A DNA stretch of 64,000 bases, from contig OX597817.1 of NCBI GenBank assembly GCA_951406725.2, positions 109,306,001 through 109,370,000 on the forward strand, given 5' to 3'. The position numbers and the translations under genes are program-made. Under the pieces are notes generated by a model. The model did not search any database. It saw only the letters and a program-made list of their open reading frames with translations, and was not told the DNA's origin. The stretch comes from Octopus vulgaris. Its lineage: Eukaryota. Below are positions 40,110-52,930 of the stretch, piece by piece. Every line of letters starts with the position of its first letter. Within the stretch, counting starts at the first letter, position 1.

Positions 40110-40230
40110 ACTAAAGTTTCCGTCTACAAATACAGCCACAAGTCGATGGTTGGCCTTGGGCTATAGTCGAAAACACTTGCAGAGGGACTGAACGTGGAAC
40201 GATGTGGTTGGGAAGCAAACTTCTCAATCA
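40110..40230 (-). mobile_element. SINE family A head fragment
   Basis: AGTTTCCGTCTAC...GGGCTATAGT...ACACTTGC...GGGACTGAAC...ATGTGGTTGGGAAGCAA. Confidence 0.7.
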
Positions 40231-40495
40231 TACACTCATTCTTGTACCGTGTGTGTATGTGTGTGAGTGTGTGTTTGTGTGTTTGCATTTGTTGTTAAAT
40301 CGAGTATTGTGTCCCACTATGCCTCAAAGTTAGTAGTTCATATAAAATAAATGCTAGATTGAGATTCCAACAATTAACAATTGTAATTTACAGTTGGAGA
40401 TTAGCAGTAAGAAAGATATCCAGATTTCATAAAAATTTATTGTGCAAAATATTCTCAGAAAAATAATATTTTGTTCATCACAAGTTCACCACAAC

Positions 40496-40545
<50 letters not shown>

Positions 40546-41005
40546 CGCACACACTCACACACACTTACACACACATAAAGATGTCTCTGTGATAACTTGA
40601 GCTACTACAAATAGCAGCCAAATCACTCTTACAACACACCCTTTCATCAAAAGAAATACACAAACTTACAGTATTTCATGAAGAAAAAGAATGCGATCGG
40701 TCTGCTACATCGGAGTCAGGTCTGGGCTAAGCAAATAAACAAAACATAGACAAACATATTTTGCCTTAAAGGCTCTCTACTAAATGATACTAATAAAGTT
40801 GGCGGTATATCTTCGAAGTTTCATTACCTGGTAAAACTCCATTTATTTTAAACATTTTCTCATTATGCTCCATGTAAGACATAAATATTGTTCAAGCTAA
40901 ATATCTCAAAATGATGCGACTGACCTCGTTTTCGAATCCATAAGGCACATATCCACGCACACACACTCACCCACACATATGCATATGTATATATATATAT
41001 ATATA

Positions 41006-41041
<36 letters not shown>

Positions 41042-41073
41042 TGTGTGTGTGTGCATGTATGTATGTATATATA

Positions 41074-41806
41074 TAATTAATTAAAAATCTTAGGGTACCA
41101 AAAATATTTATAGAAAATTCTTTGCTACCAGTGGTCTAGCGAGAAGGAAAAATTTAGTCAATAGACATCTGATTCACTAGAAGGAGCAGTTAAAACTCCA
41201 AGCCACTAATAGTGGCAATTCTGGAAGGGAATGAAAAATAAAAACATTTACCCTATTTTTCCTGGACTATAGATGTCCTACTATTGGTCATCCCTTATGT
41301 GTTTAAATGTACACTATTTTTCTATGAATAATGTATAGTCTATTGACTAAATTTTTCCTTCTCGCTAGACCACTGGTAACAAAGTAATTTTCTATAAATA
41401 TTTTTTGCTACCCTAAGATTTTTTAATTAATGATAAAAGGTTTTTGGCTAATTTTGAAAGAAAATCGGCAATTAATTTACTGCCGGATAGTTCCGCATTT
41501 GAGCGGAGGAGTCGAAAAATTATAACATATAGACACGGGGCATGTTACTTATCGCCTCGTGTCTATATGTTGATCCCTGGTATCCTGCTGACGAAGCAAC
41601 ACCAGATGTAAATTAAAATCATTTTATTTTAATTCATAAAATATTGCAGAAACTATGCATAGTCCAGGAAAAATAGGGTAAATGTTTTTATTTCTCATTC
41701 CCTTTCAGAATTGCAACTATTAGTAGCTTGGAGTTTTAGCTGCTATTTCTAGTGAGTCAGATGTTCTACTATTGGTCATCCCTTATATGTTTAAATGTAC
41801 ACTGTA

Positions 41807-41808
<2 letters not shown>
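41074..41808 (+). mobile_element. Hammerhead-containing non-coding element (retrozyme / Penelope pLTR-like) with terminal direct repeat and inverted 5' duplications
   Basis: Direct repeat 41271-41315 and 41759-41803 (period 488). 41077-41166 is the inverse of 41338-41430, and 41165-41270 is the inverse of 41659-41764. Contains internal hairpins and a hammerhead core; flanked by TA-rich runs; no ORF. Confidence 0.75.
41583..41669 (+). ncRNA. Type I hammerhead ribozyme (predicted cleavage after GUC, C41664)
   Basis: Stem I TCCTG (41583-87) with CAGGA (41665-69); core CTGACGA (41588-94); stem II GCAA/TTGC with an inner AATTAAAAT/ATTTTAATT helix; GAAA (41649-52); palindromic stem III ACTATGCATAGT; GTC triplet. 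An A/A apposition at the base of stem II is non-canonical. Confidence 0.75.
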
Positions 41809-41859
<51 letters not shown>

Positions 41860-41865
41860 TTATGT

Positions 41866-41902
<37 letters not shown>

Positions 41903-42379
41903 CATCATATAATATATATATAGAATATGATCACCATATTCACTGGTGATCTAAACGAATACGTACGCTGTATAGGTGCGATAATTGGTCATCCATTAGG
42001 TTCCAAGTTCACAGGTGAGGCTGGAGTTAGCGATCAGTATTAGGTTTCCGTGTTAGCGCACTTAATATAGCTATCGCTCAATATGGGCAAACAATTCCTC
42101 GGCATATCACGTAAGAACATACCCTATTAAAATTATTATGAAAGATTCAGTTGAATTAGGTACTTGAGTTGAGGCCCGTATAGCCTATACAGCTCGAAGT
42201 TAGGTGAACAAAAAGCAAATAACATGGATATGCACTAATACCTGGACATCCTCGTTACTTATTTGCTTTATATATATATATATATTTATATATATATACG
42301 CATATATATTTACATGTTAATAGTAGTTCGGCCTATTGTTTTATACCTTATTCTAGAAAGTATATTAGAACATTATTTG

Positions 42380-42910
42380 TGCTCTACTCAAAATCTAATT
42401 GTATCGGAGTTACAAATAGCTATCCTTTTAGTGAATTAGGCCTGAAAATTACTGTAATCACTAATCAGTCCAAAGCTGATTTCTTAGATATTTCCCTAGA
42501 TGTAAACACGCGTTCTTATGCATCCTATCATAAAGCGAATGAGACATTCACATATTCACATAAACATTCCTGAACTTCTGCTATAGGGTATAAGAACTTT
42601 GATCACACGTATTTGACAGACTCAGTCGTGTAGGATGCCGACGTCAAAGTAGTGATTCAAGACAATATAATCCAAAAGACAAATTTTGCCGGATTATGTA
42701 AAGGCAATTTTAAAACACGTTATGCAAACCACCAGTTTCTTTCTAGCTCTTCGACAAAAGTAAAGAGATTATGTTGACTAGGCACCTGTGGGATCTGATG
42801 ATCAATTGCACACCACATATGATCAAGTGGGAAATGGTGGAGAAATCTAATGTAAACGGATCAAAGAGATATAGTGTATGTGTAGCTGAAAGATCGCATA
42901 TTCAACCACA
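42380..42910 (+). mobile_element. Internally deleted Penelope-like element remnant (RT C-terminus joined to GIY-YIG end)
   Basis: FSELGLKITVITNQSKADFLDISLDVNTRSYASYHKANE (ORF 42379-42573), then AGLCKGNFKTRYANH and LTRHLWDL..IKWEMVEK..GSKRYSVC (ORF 42771-43007). Confidence 0.8.
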
Positions 42911-43519
42911 CTACTTATATCTTCAGTATATAGACACATTTCTCCGGATTGAGCAGCTATTTGCAGAATTGGGTCTTCTCATCGTAGATTTATTCTACAC
43001 CAGTTAGAATACTTATGATTTATACGAACAAAGTGGGTGCAGCCCTTGAGTTTCTTTCCTTTAGATGCTTTTCCATTTTAACACGCGCTTTGCTTCCTCG
43101 TTCTATTTGTTGCAGCAATCTTCTTTGTATTTTCAACTGTTTTCGCATTTGAATTCTTTCTCTGAATTAGGGGCTAGTTTCTAAGAAATATACAAAGCTT
43201 CAATCCTCTATATCAGCTATGTTTTTCCCAACTACTTTTATCTTTATGTTCCCCAACGCCATTGTTCACTAATATACGAAGCAGCTCCTGAAAAAATGAA
43301 AAGAAATTAAATCATCAAATTTAGCCTGAATGCATTGTATATGTATATATGTAGACTTATATGATTTTTTATGAGTGGAGTTAAAAGCCCAATACAAAGT
43401 GTCGAAAAAGGGAACTATAAATCAAATTATGTGCAAATGTAAAAAAATTCCTTGTTGTATAGTTCAAACAGGAACTGGATCCATTCCCAGCACTTTGGAC
43501 ATCATCATGCATTTTGGTG

Positions 43520-43720
43520 TTGTTCAACCTCAGGCTGGCCCTGATTAGATAAACCTATGACCAAACCCAATGAACTTCACCAATTTTACAAGTATACTAT
43601 TTTACATGAGTATATTATCCAATATTTAAATCCAGCATATTGACAGTAAAATTATGTTCACTGGGAATTTTAGCTGCTATTTCTGGTATATCAAGCAATC
43701 ACATAGAGACTCCATCATTC
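43520..43720 (+). repeat. Old interspersed repeat family E (related copies at about 4370-4570, 40580-40740 minus, 55470-55660 and 58440-58620 minus)
   Basis: Shared motifs like TTRGCTGCTATTTCTRG and CTGAT..GA..TATGATCAAA recur in these intervals; highly diverged. Confidence 0.5.
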
Positions 43721-45039
43721 GTTTACTACGTATGTGGTATTAAATATAAACGTAGAGTCGTGTGATGCCTCAGTAATTTGACATGTGTAATCTTCATTAC
43801 TTTCTATAGCTTTAAAGAAAGACTGACTTGAATCTGCAATGTGCATATAAGATTTGATAATTAGCAAAATATATGCAACCTTAATATCCTATGCATTTTT
43901 ATCAGCAAAGAAATTTAACAGATAAAAATATAGACAGCAGATTTATATTTTAGTTAATTGCAAATTATACGCATGCTATGTATTGCTTCAAAAGATTATT
44001 TTAGGTGAATATAAATTAAGACAGTTTTATGAAAATATTTTATTAATTTCAGTTTTCTATGGGACAGACTGTCCTCAGAAACACATTTATAAATATTGAA
44101 GTTATAATTTCACTACATTTGCATCAATAAATACTTCTTATTCGAGATGATTCAATATATACGGCGTTGTTGTTTAACGGTACTTTACCCTGCTTTCAGT
44201 AGACATTATCAGATGCATTGACATTGTGACTATTCTCATATTTATTTGTGTATTTAGAGCGACATTATTCAGTACGTTCTTTCTGTTTTTTAGAATATGT
44301 GTTATTTTAGCGACATAGGTTACCATTCGTAACAGACCAATGACCCTATATATATTCCTTTGTTGGTTCGGCGTCACCAAAGGACAACAAAGGAAGGACG
44401 ATGTAATGGTGACGCATTTCTAAACTTTTAACGTGCGATACTGTTATTAACTTATGTCATGAATTGTGAGAAAAAGCATTACACAAATGACATTTGAATC
44501 ATCTCTTAAACAATAAAATCACGAATCATTGAACATTTTTCATCGGTGATAAAAGTGAAATTGAATAACATAAGACCATGTATGAAGTGAAAATAAAAAT
44601 AACATACAATTCTGACATAATGTTTGTAGTATGTATAATGTGAAAATGGAAATGAGATTTCAGATTGACATAAGATTTTTCAGTATATACACACTCAGGG
44701 ATGATAAAGCACCTGCAAAAATTATAGTAGATGTTATATAAAGCATTAGAATAAATTTACTTTATAATATGAGTGCTGTCAAAATGGAAAACTACTTTGG
44801 AATAAAATTTGCAGTATATACAAAGTCACGAATAAAAGAAGAAGAATATTTTGAAAATAGAAATGATAAGTAACTTTCGAATAACTATGTCAGCAGATAC
44901 AAGGTGAAAACGATACACAAATTGGAAATTATATACCACTTTGAGAATAAGCTTCCAGAATATTCAAATAAGTAGAAGGAGGTTTAAGATAAATGAAATG
45001 CTGAAACTACTCTTGCGTTCAGCTTAATATACCGATTCT

Positions 45040-45276
45040 GTCATTCTAGTTTGAGTTAGAGAGTTGCAGTCATCCTTGGACACCACTTTAAAATGTTCAA
45101 TCGAAAATCTCGATACCAGTACATATTCTTTAAAGTATGGAATTTGTTGTATCGGTCTCCTTTACTGGAATGCTAGGTTACAGAAAGTAAACCAAATCAA
45201 CACAAGTGGTTAAGTGTGGGGGGGAACATATATACACACTCACACACACATGCACGTGCACGCAGACACACACACC

Positions 45277-45312
<36 letters not shown>

Positions 45313-45425
45313 TTCCACATAGTTTCTATATACCAAGGGTACTCATAGGGTATTGGTAGCCATGCAGTGAGGTTAAACCTGAAATGACATGGTTGCGAAG
45401 TGATGTCCTAAATCAGATATCCATA
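45040..45425 (-). mobile_element. SINE family A, old diverged copy
   Basis: Collinear with 2040-2446, including the internal microsatellite (CACCACTTTA...TATCGGTCTC...AGTTTCTATATACC...ATGGTTGCGAAG). Confidence 0.6.
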
Positions 45426-46023
45426 TGATTGTGTTCTTTATGCTATTGTCAAAGGGGGACGTAAAAGCACGAAGTCTAATAGTTGAGGTGTTCGCGACAC
45501 GGTCATAATGTCATGGTTCAATTCAGGAACCGAGTGGAAGGTTGCGCCGATGAGCAAGACAGCTTTTTCAAGTTGCTGCAATCAATTCATGTCAGATATT
45601 GAGCGTGCGCTGTTATAGCCTATCACGCCATCCACCATTTGTCGGTGATTCTATACTTCTGGCGGATAACATCTTTCTAAATCTCAGGCGACAAAATTCC
45701 AACCCATAATTCTGTTTGGGTTGTCCTTGATGGCGATAATTTTACCCGATCATAGTGCAAACCTTACCTCAACCACTTTTATTTGCCTTTTAAGACACGC
45801 ATAAGAAATGTTGGGTCTATTCTTTGACATGCAAGCCCCTCACACACCTCAAACTATATAGCAGCAGAATTTTGACGCTGCTCTCTCGCTTTGTCTCTCT
45901 CCAGCTATCACATCTTGCATGTGTTAGTGTGCAAAAGGTTGGGGGAATCGAGAAGGTGTCTGTGCCATCTTTTGACTCTATAAGCACTACAAATACAAGT
46001 GAAAACATGGCACGTATACTCAT

Positions 46024-46425
46024 AGGCACGGGCGTGGCTGTGAGGTAAGAAGTTTGCTTCCCAACCACATGAGTCCAGGTTCAGTCGCACTACGTAGCAT
46101 ATGGAGCAAGTATTTTCTTCTAAAGCCTCATGCCGACCAAAGCCTTGTGAGTGGACTTGGGAGACGGAAACTGAAAGAAGTCCGTCGTATATATATATAT
46201 GTATGTTGGCGTGCCTGTGTTGTCTCCACTCACCGCTTGACAACCGGTGTTTGTGTGTTTATGTCCCCATAAAGAGTGATTCGTCGAAAGAGACCGATAT
46301 AATAAGTACTGGGTTTAGAAATATTAAGTTCTGAGGTCGAATTGTTCGCCTAAAAATCCTTCGAGGCAGTGCTCGAGCATAGCTGCAGTCAATGACTGGA
46401 ACAAATAAAAGAATAGAAGAATAAA
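46024..46425 (+). mobile_element. SINE family A
   Basis: AGGCACGGGCGTGGCTGTGAGGTAAG...GGTTCAGTC...GACGGAAACTGAAAGAAG...AGAGACCGAT...AATGACTGGAACAAATAAAAG. Confidence 0.85.
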
Positions 46426-49129
46426 AGAACTCACTAATTATGGGTGATTCTTTTTTTAAATCACAGTAGAAACGACACTGCCTATAACCATGTTCAGGTT
46501 CGCCAAAAAAATATTCACCCCAGACTGTAGATGGCCTGACTATTTGAAGTAAACGGAGCTGACAACTCAGCATTCAATTTCTAGGTGATGGTGTTAAACC
46601 GGTTAAAAGTTAATTTACTGTCCAAGAACAGGACCAACTGTTTAGAGAGTCTGCTAAGCAGCTTCCAACTATCAACCACCAAAGGCTTTGGTTGACTCGT
46701 GATTATGGAAGAAAGCATAGTGGGATTGATCAGGAAACTATTTATAACCGAATGGAACTCTTTACCATTCAACTATATTTGAGTTCACTATGACTGCAAA
46801 AGGAGAAAACTCATGTAAAGAGTTCATGAATGAGTGGGTATCTTTTTTATCATGTCTGTTAAATAGTGGATAAGAGTGCTGCAGTTTTTCACATGAAATA
46901 TGTATATGTTTCTAATGTACACTAATTCGTTCGAAACTGTTTTATATAATCATTTCTACTATAGACACTGGACCTGGGATTTGGGAGAAGTGGATAGATG
47001 ATTACACCGACTGGCACTTAATTTATCGTCACCGAAATTGTCAACTGTTTTATATAACAGTATAGAGTAATAAGAAGCCAACAGTAATATATATATATAT
47101 ATATATATGTACATACATATATATATATGTATGTATGTGTGTGTGTGACGAACTTTATCATCACAAATATAAATCCACAATTTTATATGAGTGTTAGTAA
47201 AGATTTACAACTGCAGAGATTTTGTGTAGCGTAATTTTCCTTTAAGAGTTTCTGTTTTTTAGAATTTTACAGGTGTTAGCGTCAGTTTGACCCCTAAAAT
47301 CAGAAGTTGCTGTCTTTACTCGCTATTCATTAACATCGAATACAAATTTCAAATCACTAACTGATGCCTGAGATAATTAAATATACTTTATTTCATTATA
47401 TATTTTTAGATGTTTTGCAGAATGAAGCGAGCATACAAAATTGGCTTTGCAAATAAATTCTCCTTCAAGTAATAATGTTAATTATATTTGAATATGATCA
47501 TTTAATTACCCTTTGCATGAAAAAAAAAATGCTGTTTGAAGAATTCTGTGGTAAAAAAAAATCGGAGGCGGATAGCTTGAAAAGTAGCGTGATGTTCTGT
47601 AAAGACATGCTATCTTTATTTCATAACAATATGGGATCCGAACAATGGCCAGATAACTAACTTGCTCGTCTGTGTTATTTATGTATTCATGCGTGTGTTT
47701 TTGTGAGTACGCATGTCTTTATATAGTTCTCCTCATAACTAATTTTAAGCATTAAGAATGCAAAAACAGTCAGTTATGCAACTCATAATCACGATTTCCT
47801 ACTTAGTAAATATTTACTCCTACACGCTATATATCTTTATGCTGAAAAATATTACCTGCAAATTTGATGCCAGGTTTGAAAAGATTCCCTTCAATATTTT
47901 GTTTTACATTATGTAACCAATAGTTGGGAACATCGTTTACATAATCTATATTGGCTATATTACGTAATTGGCAGTCGAGAGTTTTAAAATAATAGCATTG
48001 ATGTTTTATAAGAAATGCAACGCATAATGCTGTCTAGCCTTTCATCATACATGTCGACGCGGAAATGAGAGAGATTTTAAGTATATCTATAACATTGAAT
48101 AGATTTAAGTGTCAAAAAAATTTGCATATTTAGAAAAATAGGTCATTAGTATTGTCGCATTGCCGAAGTTATATAAATCATATAAACATTGAGCTAATGC
48201 TGTGTTTTCCTCATAGAGTAAGAATTTTAGGAATTTCTAATTAACATGTTCATGTTCACTACAGTATAGATGTTAACATTAAGTTAACTATGGCTTTCCA
48301 GCATGAAAAGTTCGCAAACTGTGGGACTGTCTAAATAGCAATATAATAAGGCGCATTGAAAAGCAGCTGTTTCACATTAAAGATATCTGCAATAGAATCT
48401 AAGAAAACATGATAAAACTTGCATTTATTCACTTTATAGGTGGTGTGATCTAGTGAACCTGATCCATTAATATAGTTGCATTTCTCGTATGGTGTTGTAG
48501 GTTGATAAGATTTATGCTTCCTTTATTTGTTTTCATGAATATTTATATAATCTGTCAAGAAAGAGTTAATCTTCGTCAGGAATCCTAATAACATGAAATA
48601 ATGTTCGATTATGAGGAAAGCCAATTGTGTCCTTATTACCAGCAAGCGTTTTGCTAAACATTTCAAAGCATTATGGCAAAAACGAGATGCAATGGCGCAC
48701 TTAAAAATATTAGCAGACTAAATATGAATATTAATTCTTATACAGAACATTCTGAGTCAAGAAATGTATAATGTTTCTAAGTACTAAACTGTTTCGAGGA
48801 TACTAGAAACAAAAACATGTCGAAGCAAGTATCCGCAAACTATTTTATCGAAATATAACGAATTTTAAGGACTAAATATGAATTGAAATATCAATGCGTA
48901 TATAGATCAGCTAGTAGGCGGACTAGACACAAATCTGTTCTTAACAGAATGAAACACAATTGTCCATCATTAAATAACAGGCCTATTTTACACAATCAAT
49001 GACATGTATTTACTAACGCTCGTTGCGAATATCGTACAAACTGTAAATTACAAGCATATTAAGAGAATTGCATTGTGGTGTCATAATAATACAGTTCAAA
49101 TACAGTCACAAGGAAGATTTTTCATAATA

Positions 49130-49760
49130 TCTCGGAACCATGTGGTTGGTAAGCAAGCTGCTTGCCACACACCAACTCCAGCACCTATATGTGTGTATGT
49201 GTGTGTGTGTGTGTATGTATGTGTATATGTATGTATGCATGCATGCATGTATGTATGCATGTATGTATGTATTTATGCATGTATATATACTTTTTCTCTA
49301 GGCACAAGGCCCGAAATTTTTGGGGAGGGATAAAGTCGATTAGCTCGACCCCAGTGCACACCTGGTGCTTTATTTATCGACCCCAAAACGATGAAAGGCA
49401 AAGTTGACCTCGGCGGAAGTTGAACTCAGAACGTAAATACAGACAAAATACTGCTAAGCGTTTCGTCCGGCGTGCTAACGTTTCTGCCAGTTCGCCGCAT
49501 GTATATATACGTATGCATGTATGCATGAAGGTAGGTAGGTAGGTAGGTCCATGTCCTTGTGTTTGTGTCCACACTGCATGCCAACTGGCGTTGGTTTGTT
49601 TATGTCCCTATAAATTGGTGGTTCAGCAAAGAGACCGACGAAACGATTACGAAACTTAAAACACAAAAAGTACTGGTGGCGAGTTTTTCGATTAAAACTT
49701 TGAAGGCGGTGACCCAGCTTGGTCGCAGTCCACTCACTGAAACCAGCAAGCGAATAAAGA
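49130..49760. mobile_element. SINE cluster: family A head (minus, 49130-49186), family B (minus, 49295-49498), family A tail (plus, 49550-49760)
   Basis: Each segment matches the corresponding family elsewhere in the window; the segments are separated by microsatellites. Confidence 0.8.
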
Positions 49761-50730
49761 AATGTATTTGAAAAATTTACTTCAGTAAAAATTTGACAAG
49801 TGTTATGAAATTTCTTTCTGTCACCGTCACATTTAAAAAAATATCTTTGGTGACTTCCTTCACTCTCACGAAAATTACAGGCATATACTTACTTTAGAAG
49901 TTTCGTGAGAGAATACAATCTTTATTTTTTCGTTGCCTTTCTTCAGGTATGTATATTTTTATAAGACAATATTTTTCGTCAGTATCCAATCTCAAGAAAG
50001 TTGAAAAGGACTGAAAATCGAATCGTCCAAAGTACATTATCTCTAGACTCTGCGAAACAAAATGAATGACTTTGACTAAATGGGTACGCAGCGTAGAGAG
50101 CTGGAGCAAATACTATAAGCACCCATGTCAATATTCTAACGATTCTACTAATTAACCGCCTTTAGCTTCGAAATATTATCTAAAGTATACGAGAAGCTAG
50201 TTTCGGTATGTCTATGATGAATATTTATTGCTATTGATTTCAATAGAGTTTGTTAATGAGGTATGGAGCCTTGGACAAGTGAAACTACGTAACTTACATC
50301 GCTGTGTTAATTATAAGTAGTTTGAAATAAAAACAACTTTTTGGAAAAGGAATACATTTGCATATTATAATTGTCAGGAAGGATGTAACATAAAACATAA
50401 GCATAACATACCTATCGACCTTTAATAGATTAAAAGACGATATGTGTGTGTGAGAGAGAGAGAGAGTGTGTGTATGTGTGAGTGTGTGTATTTATATTTA
50501 TATATTTACATACAAACACACACATATACACATACACAAACAAAAGCATATGCAGATATACACAAATGTAGGTATGAATGCATCAACTTATTTGCTGATT
50601 CTTTGATTGCTGTATAATATATACATATTTTAACTATTACTGTCAATCTTTGTAGCTAGAGTTATCCCTGATTCATGAACTACAAATATATCTAAGAAAA
50701 TGTTAGAATATTGTTACACGCACGCACATA

Positions 50731-50773
<43 letters not shown>

Positions 50774-51075
50774 GCATGCGTATGTTGTGAATGTGCATGT
50801 AGTTATTTGTAGGCTTATATAGATTAAACGAGTTATAATTCACTGCATATCTTTTTCTGGATTTATTTATTTCTTATATGTTGGAATAGTATAATTTTCC
50901 AGTTCGTTATTAGAGATTCACAAAGGTTTCTTTAGTTTACACTTTTACTGTTATTGTATTACTTTCATTTTTAAAACTTTCATTTCCTTCATCACTGTCA
51001 TGATTTCATTCGTTAGTCTAAACCCTAAAAGAGACGAATTTCTGCAAAGCTTCGGGCTGAATTAAACTCTTTTAT

Positions 51076-51097
51076 ATAATAATAATAATAATAATAA

Positions 51098-51190
<93 letters not shown>

Positions 51191-51227
51191 AAGAAGAAGA
51201 AGAAGAAGAAGAAGAAGAAGAAGAAGA
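51076..51227. repeat. Compound (AAT)n(AAG)n microsatellite
   Basis: Direct reading. Confidence 0.95.
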
Positions 51228-51239
51228 TATATATATATA

Positions 51240-51532
51240 ACTGGCACGCCGTCGGTTATTACGATAATTGTGCCAGTTGAGCCGTTCAACGAAACAGTCT
51301 GCCTATGAAATTAACGTGCAAGTGACTGAGCACTGGACTAACACGCGTACTCTTAACGTAGTTCTCAGCGAGATTTAGCGTAACAGAGAATACGATAAAG
51401 TTAGCCCTACACAATTACTACTAATTTTTACCAGCTGAGTAGACTGGAGCGACTTGAAATAAAGTGCTTTGTACAAGGACACAATGCACCGGCGAGTACG
51501 ATGACCCGAAACCCTTCAATCACTAAGCCACG
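51240..51532 (-). mobile_element. SINE family D
   Basis: Matches 32255-32500; the minus-strand head begins GCGTGGCTTAGTGATTG. Confidence 0.75.
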
Positions 51533-52401
51533 CATACATACATACATACATACATACATACATACATACATACATACATACATACATGGAGACTACTAAC
51601 GAAAATCTAATTTCGGAAATTAGGCAGCTCCTTGAGTTCTTTGATCACAGTAGCGTGTATGTTCTTTCGTCTGTCCTTGCATATTCTTGAACGTCTAACC
51701 TATTACTTCGAGCTTTCTAGGACACTGCATTTGATATTTTAGTCAATGGTCTGATTTCTTAATTGCCAGATATAGATAGCCATCATCGGAGAAGTCCACT
51801 TGTTCGACAGGTTTTATGAATAAGAGCGAAGCTCTAATATCATATTTCTCGAATGTTTTTAAGTATCCTCATACCATACCAGTATTACTGCTTTTTGTTT
51901 TTCTTTTCATTTTCGTTATTGTCTGATTTCGCATGGATCAAACGAATTCAACATCTTAAAATATCGTCACCGTGTTAAATTCTGATCTAATCAGCAATAT
52001 TCCACATTTGAGCGTGGGCATTTCTAATTTTCTTGCTTACAAGTCTTTTTTCAAACAAGTATGTTCGTCTAAACGATAACTATAGACATTGTTAGTAAGT
52101 GTCTGTTGAGGTTTTCCCGTTACTTATGACTGTTTTAGAAAAGTTTATTTATACGGGGTGCAAACTTCATTCCGACATTAGTTTTCAGATTAAAGGATAA
52201 GAAAGAGCAAACGAAAATCTTACTGGGTTCATTCAAGAATGGAATAAGTAGATGGGGCTTACGATTTGCATGAAGTTTTGCTACAGAATCACTTATCTGT
52301 TCGCTTTCCTGTTATATTATGAGGCCACCTTGTCGAAAATTTCTCTAGAAGAGTAATGGCTTCACTTTCACCAATGTACGTTAGATATGAAGTATATCTA
52401 T

Positions 52402-52636
52402 AAGGCGACGAGCTGGCTGAAACGTTAGCACGCCAGGCGAAATGCTTAGACGTATTTCGTCTGCCGCTACGTTCTGAGTTCAAATTCCGCCGAGGTCGAC
52501 TTTGCCTTTCATCCTTTTGGGGTCGATAAATTAAGTACCAGTTACCCACTAGGGTCGATGTAATCGACTTAATCCCTTTGTCTGCCTTTGTTTGTCTCTC
52601 CTCTATGTTTAGCCCCTTTTGGGCAATAAAGAAATA
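52402..52636 (+). mobile_element. SINE family B, well preserved, with a 15-bp target-site duplication
   Basis: AAGGCGACGAGCTGGCTGAAACGTTAGC...GAGTTCAAATTCC (B-box-like)...GCCTTTCATCCTTTTGGGGTCGATAAATTAAGTACCAG. AGATATGAAGTATAT occurs at both 52383-52397 and 52637-52651. Confidence 0.9.
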
Positions 52637-52666
52637 AGATATGAAGTATATACATACACATATGTA

Positions 52667-52699
<33 letters not shown>

Positions 52700-52709
52700 C
52701 ATACATACA

Positions 52710-52930
52710 TGTGTTGTGTCTTTGTATCTGTCTTTGTCCTCTTACACCTCTTGACAACGGATTTGGTGTTTTTACATTCCCGTATTCTAGCAGTTCGACA
52801 AAAGACAAGGGTTGTATAAGTACACGGTTTAAAAAAAGACACTGGAGTCGATTCACTCGACTAAAGTTCTTCAAGGCTGTGTCCCATCATAGCAACAATA
52901 TAATCACTGAAACAAGTAAAAGTTAAAAGA
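52710..52930 (+). mobile_element. SINE family A 3' half
   Basis: TCTTGACAAC...GGTGTTTTTACATTCCCGT...ATAAGTAC...ACTGAAACAAGTAAAAG. Confidence 0.7.

Noticed and set aside
44174-44380. 68-aa minus-strand ORF in unique sequence
   Set aside because: No recognisable domain, and the length is within chance expectation.
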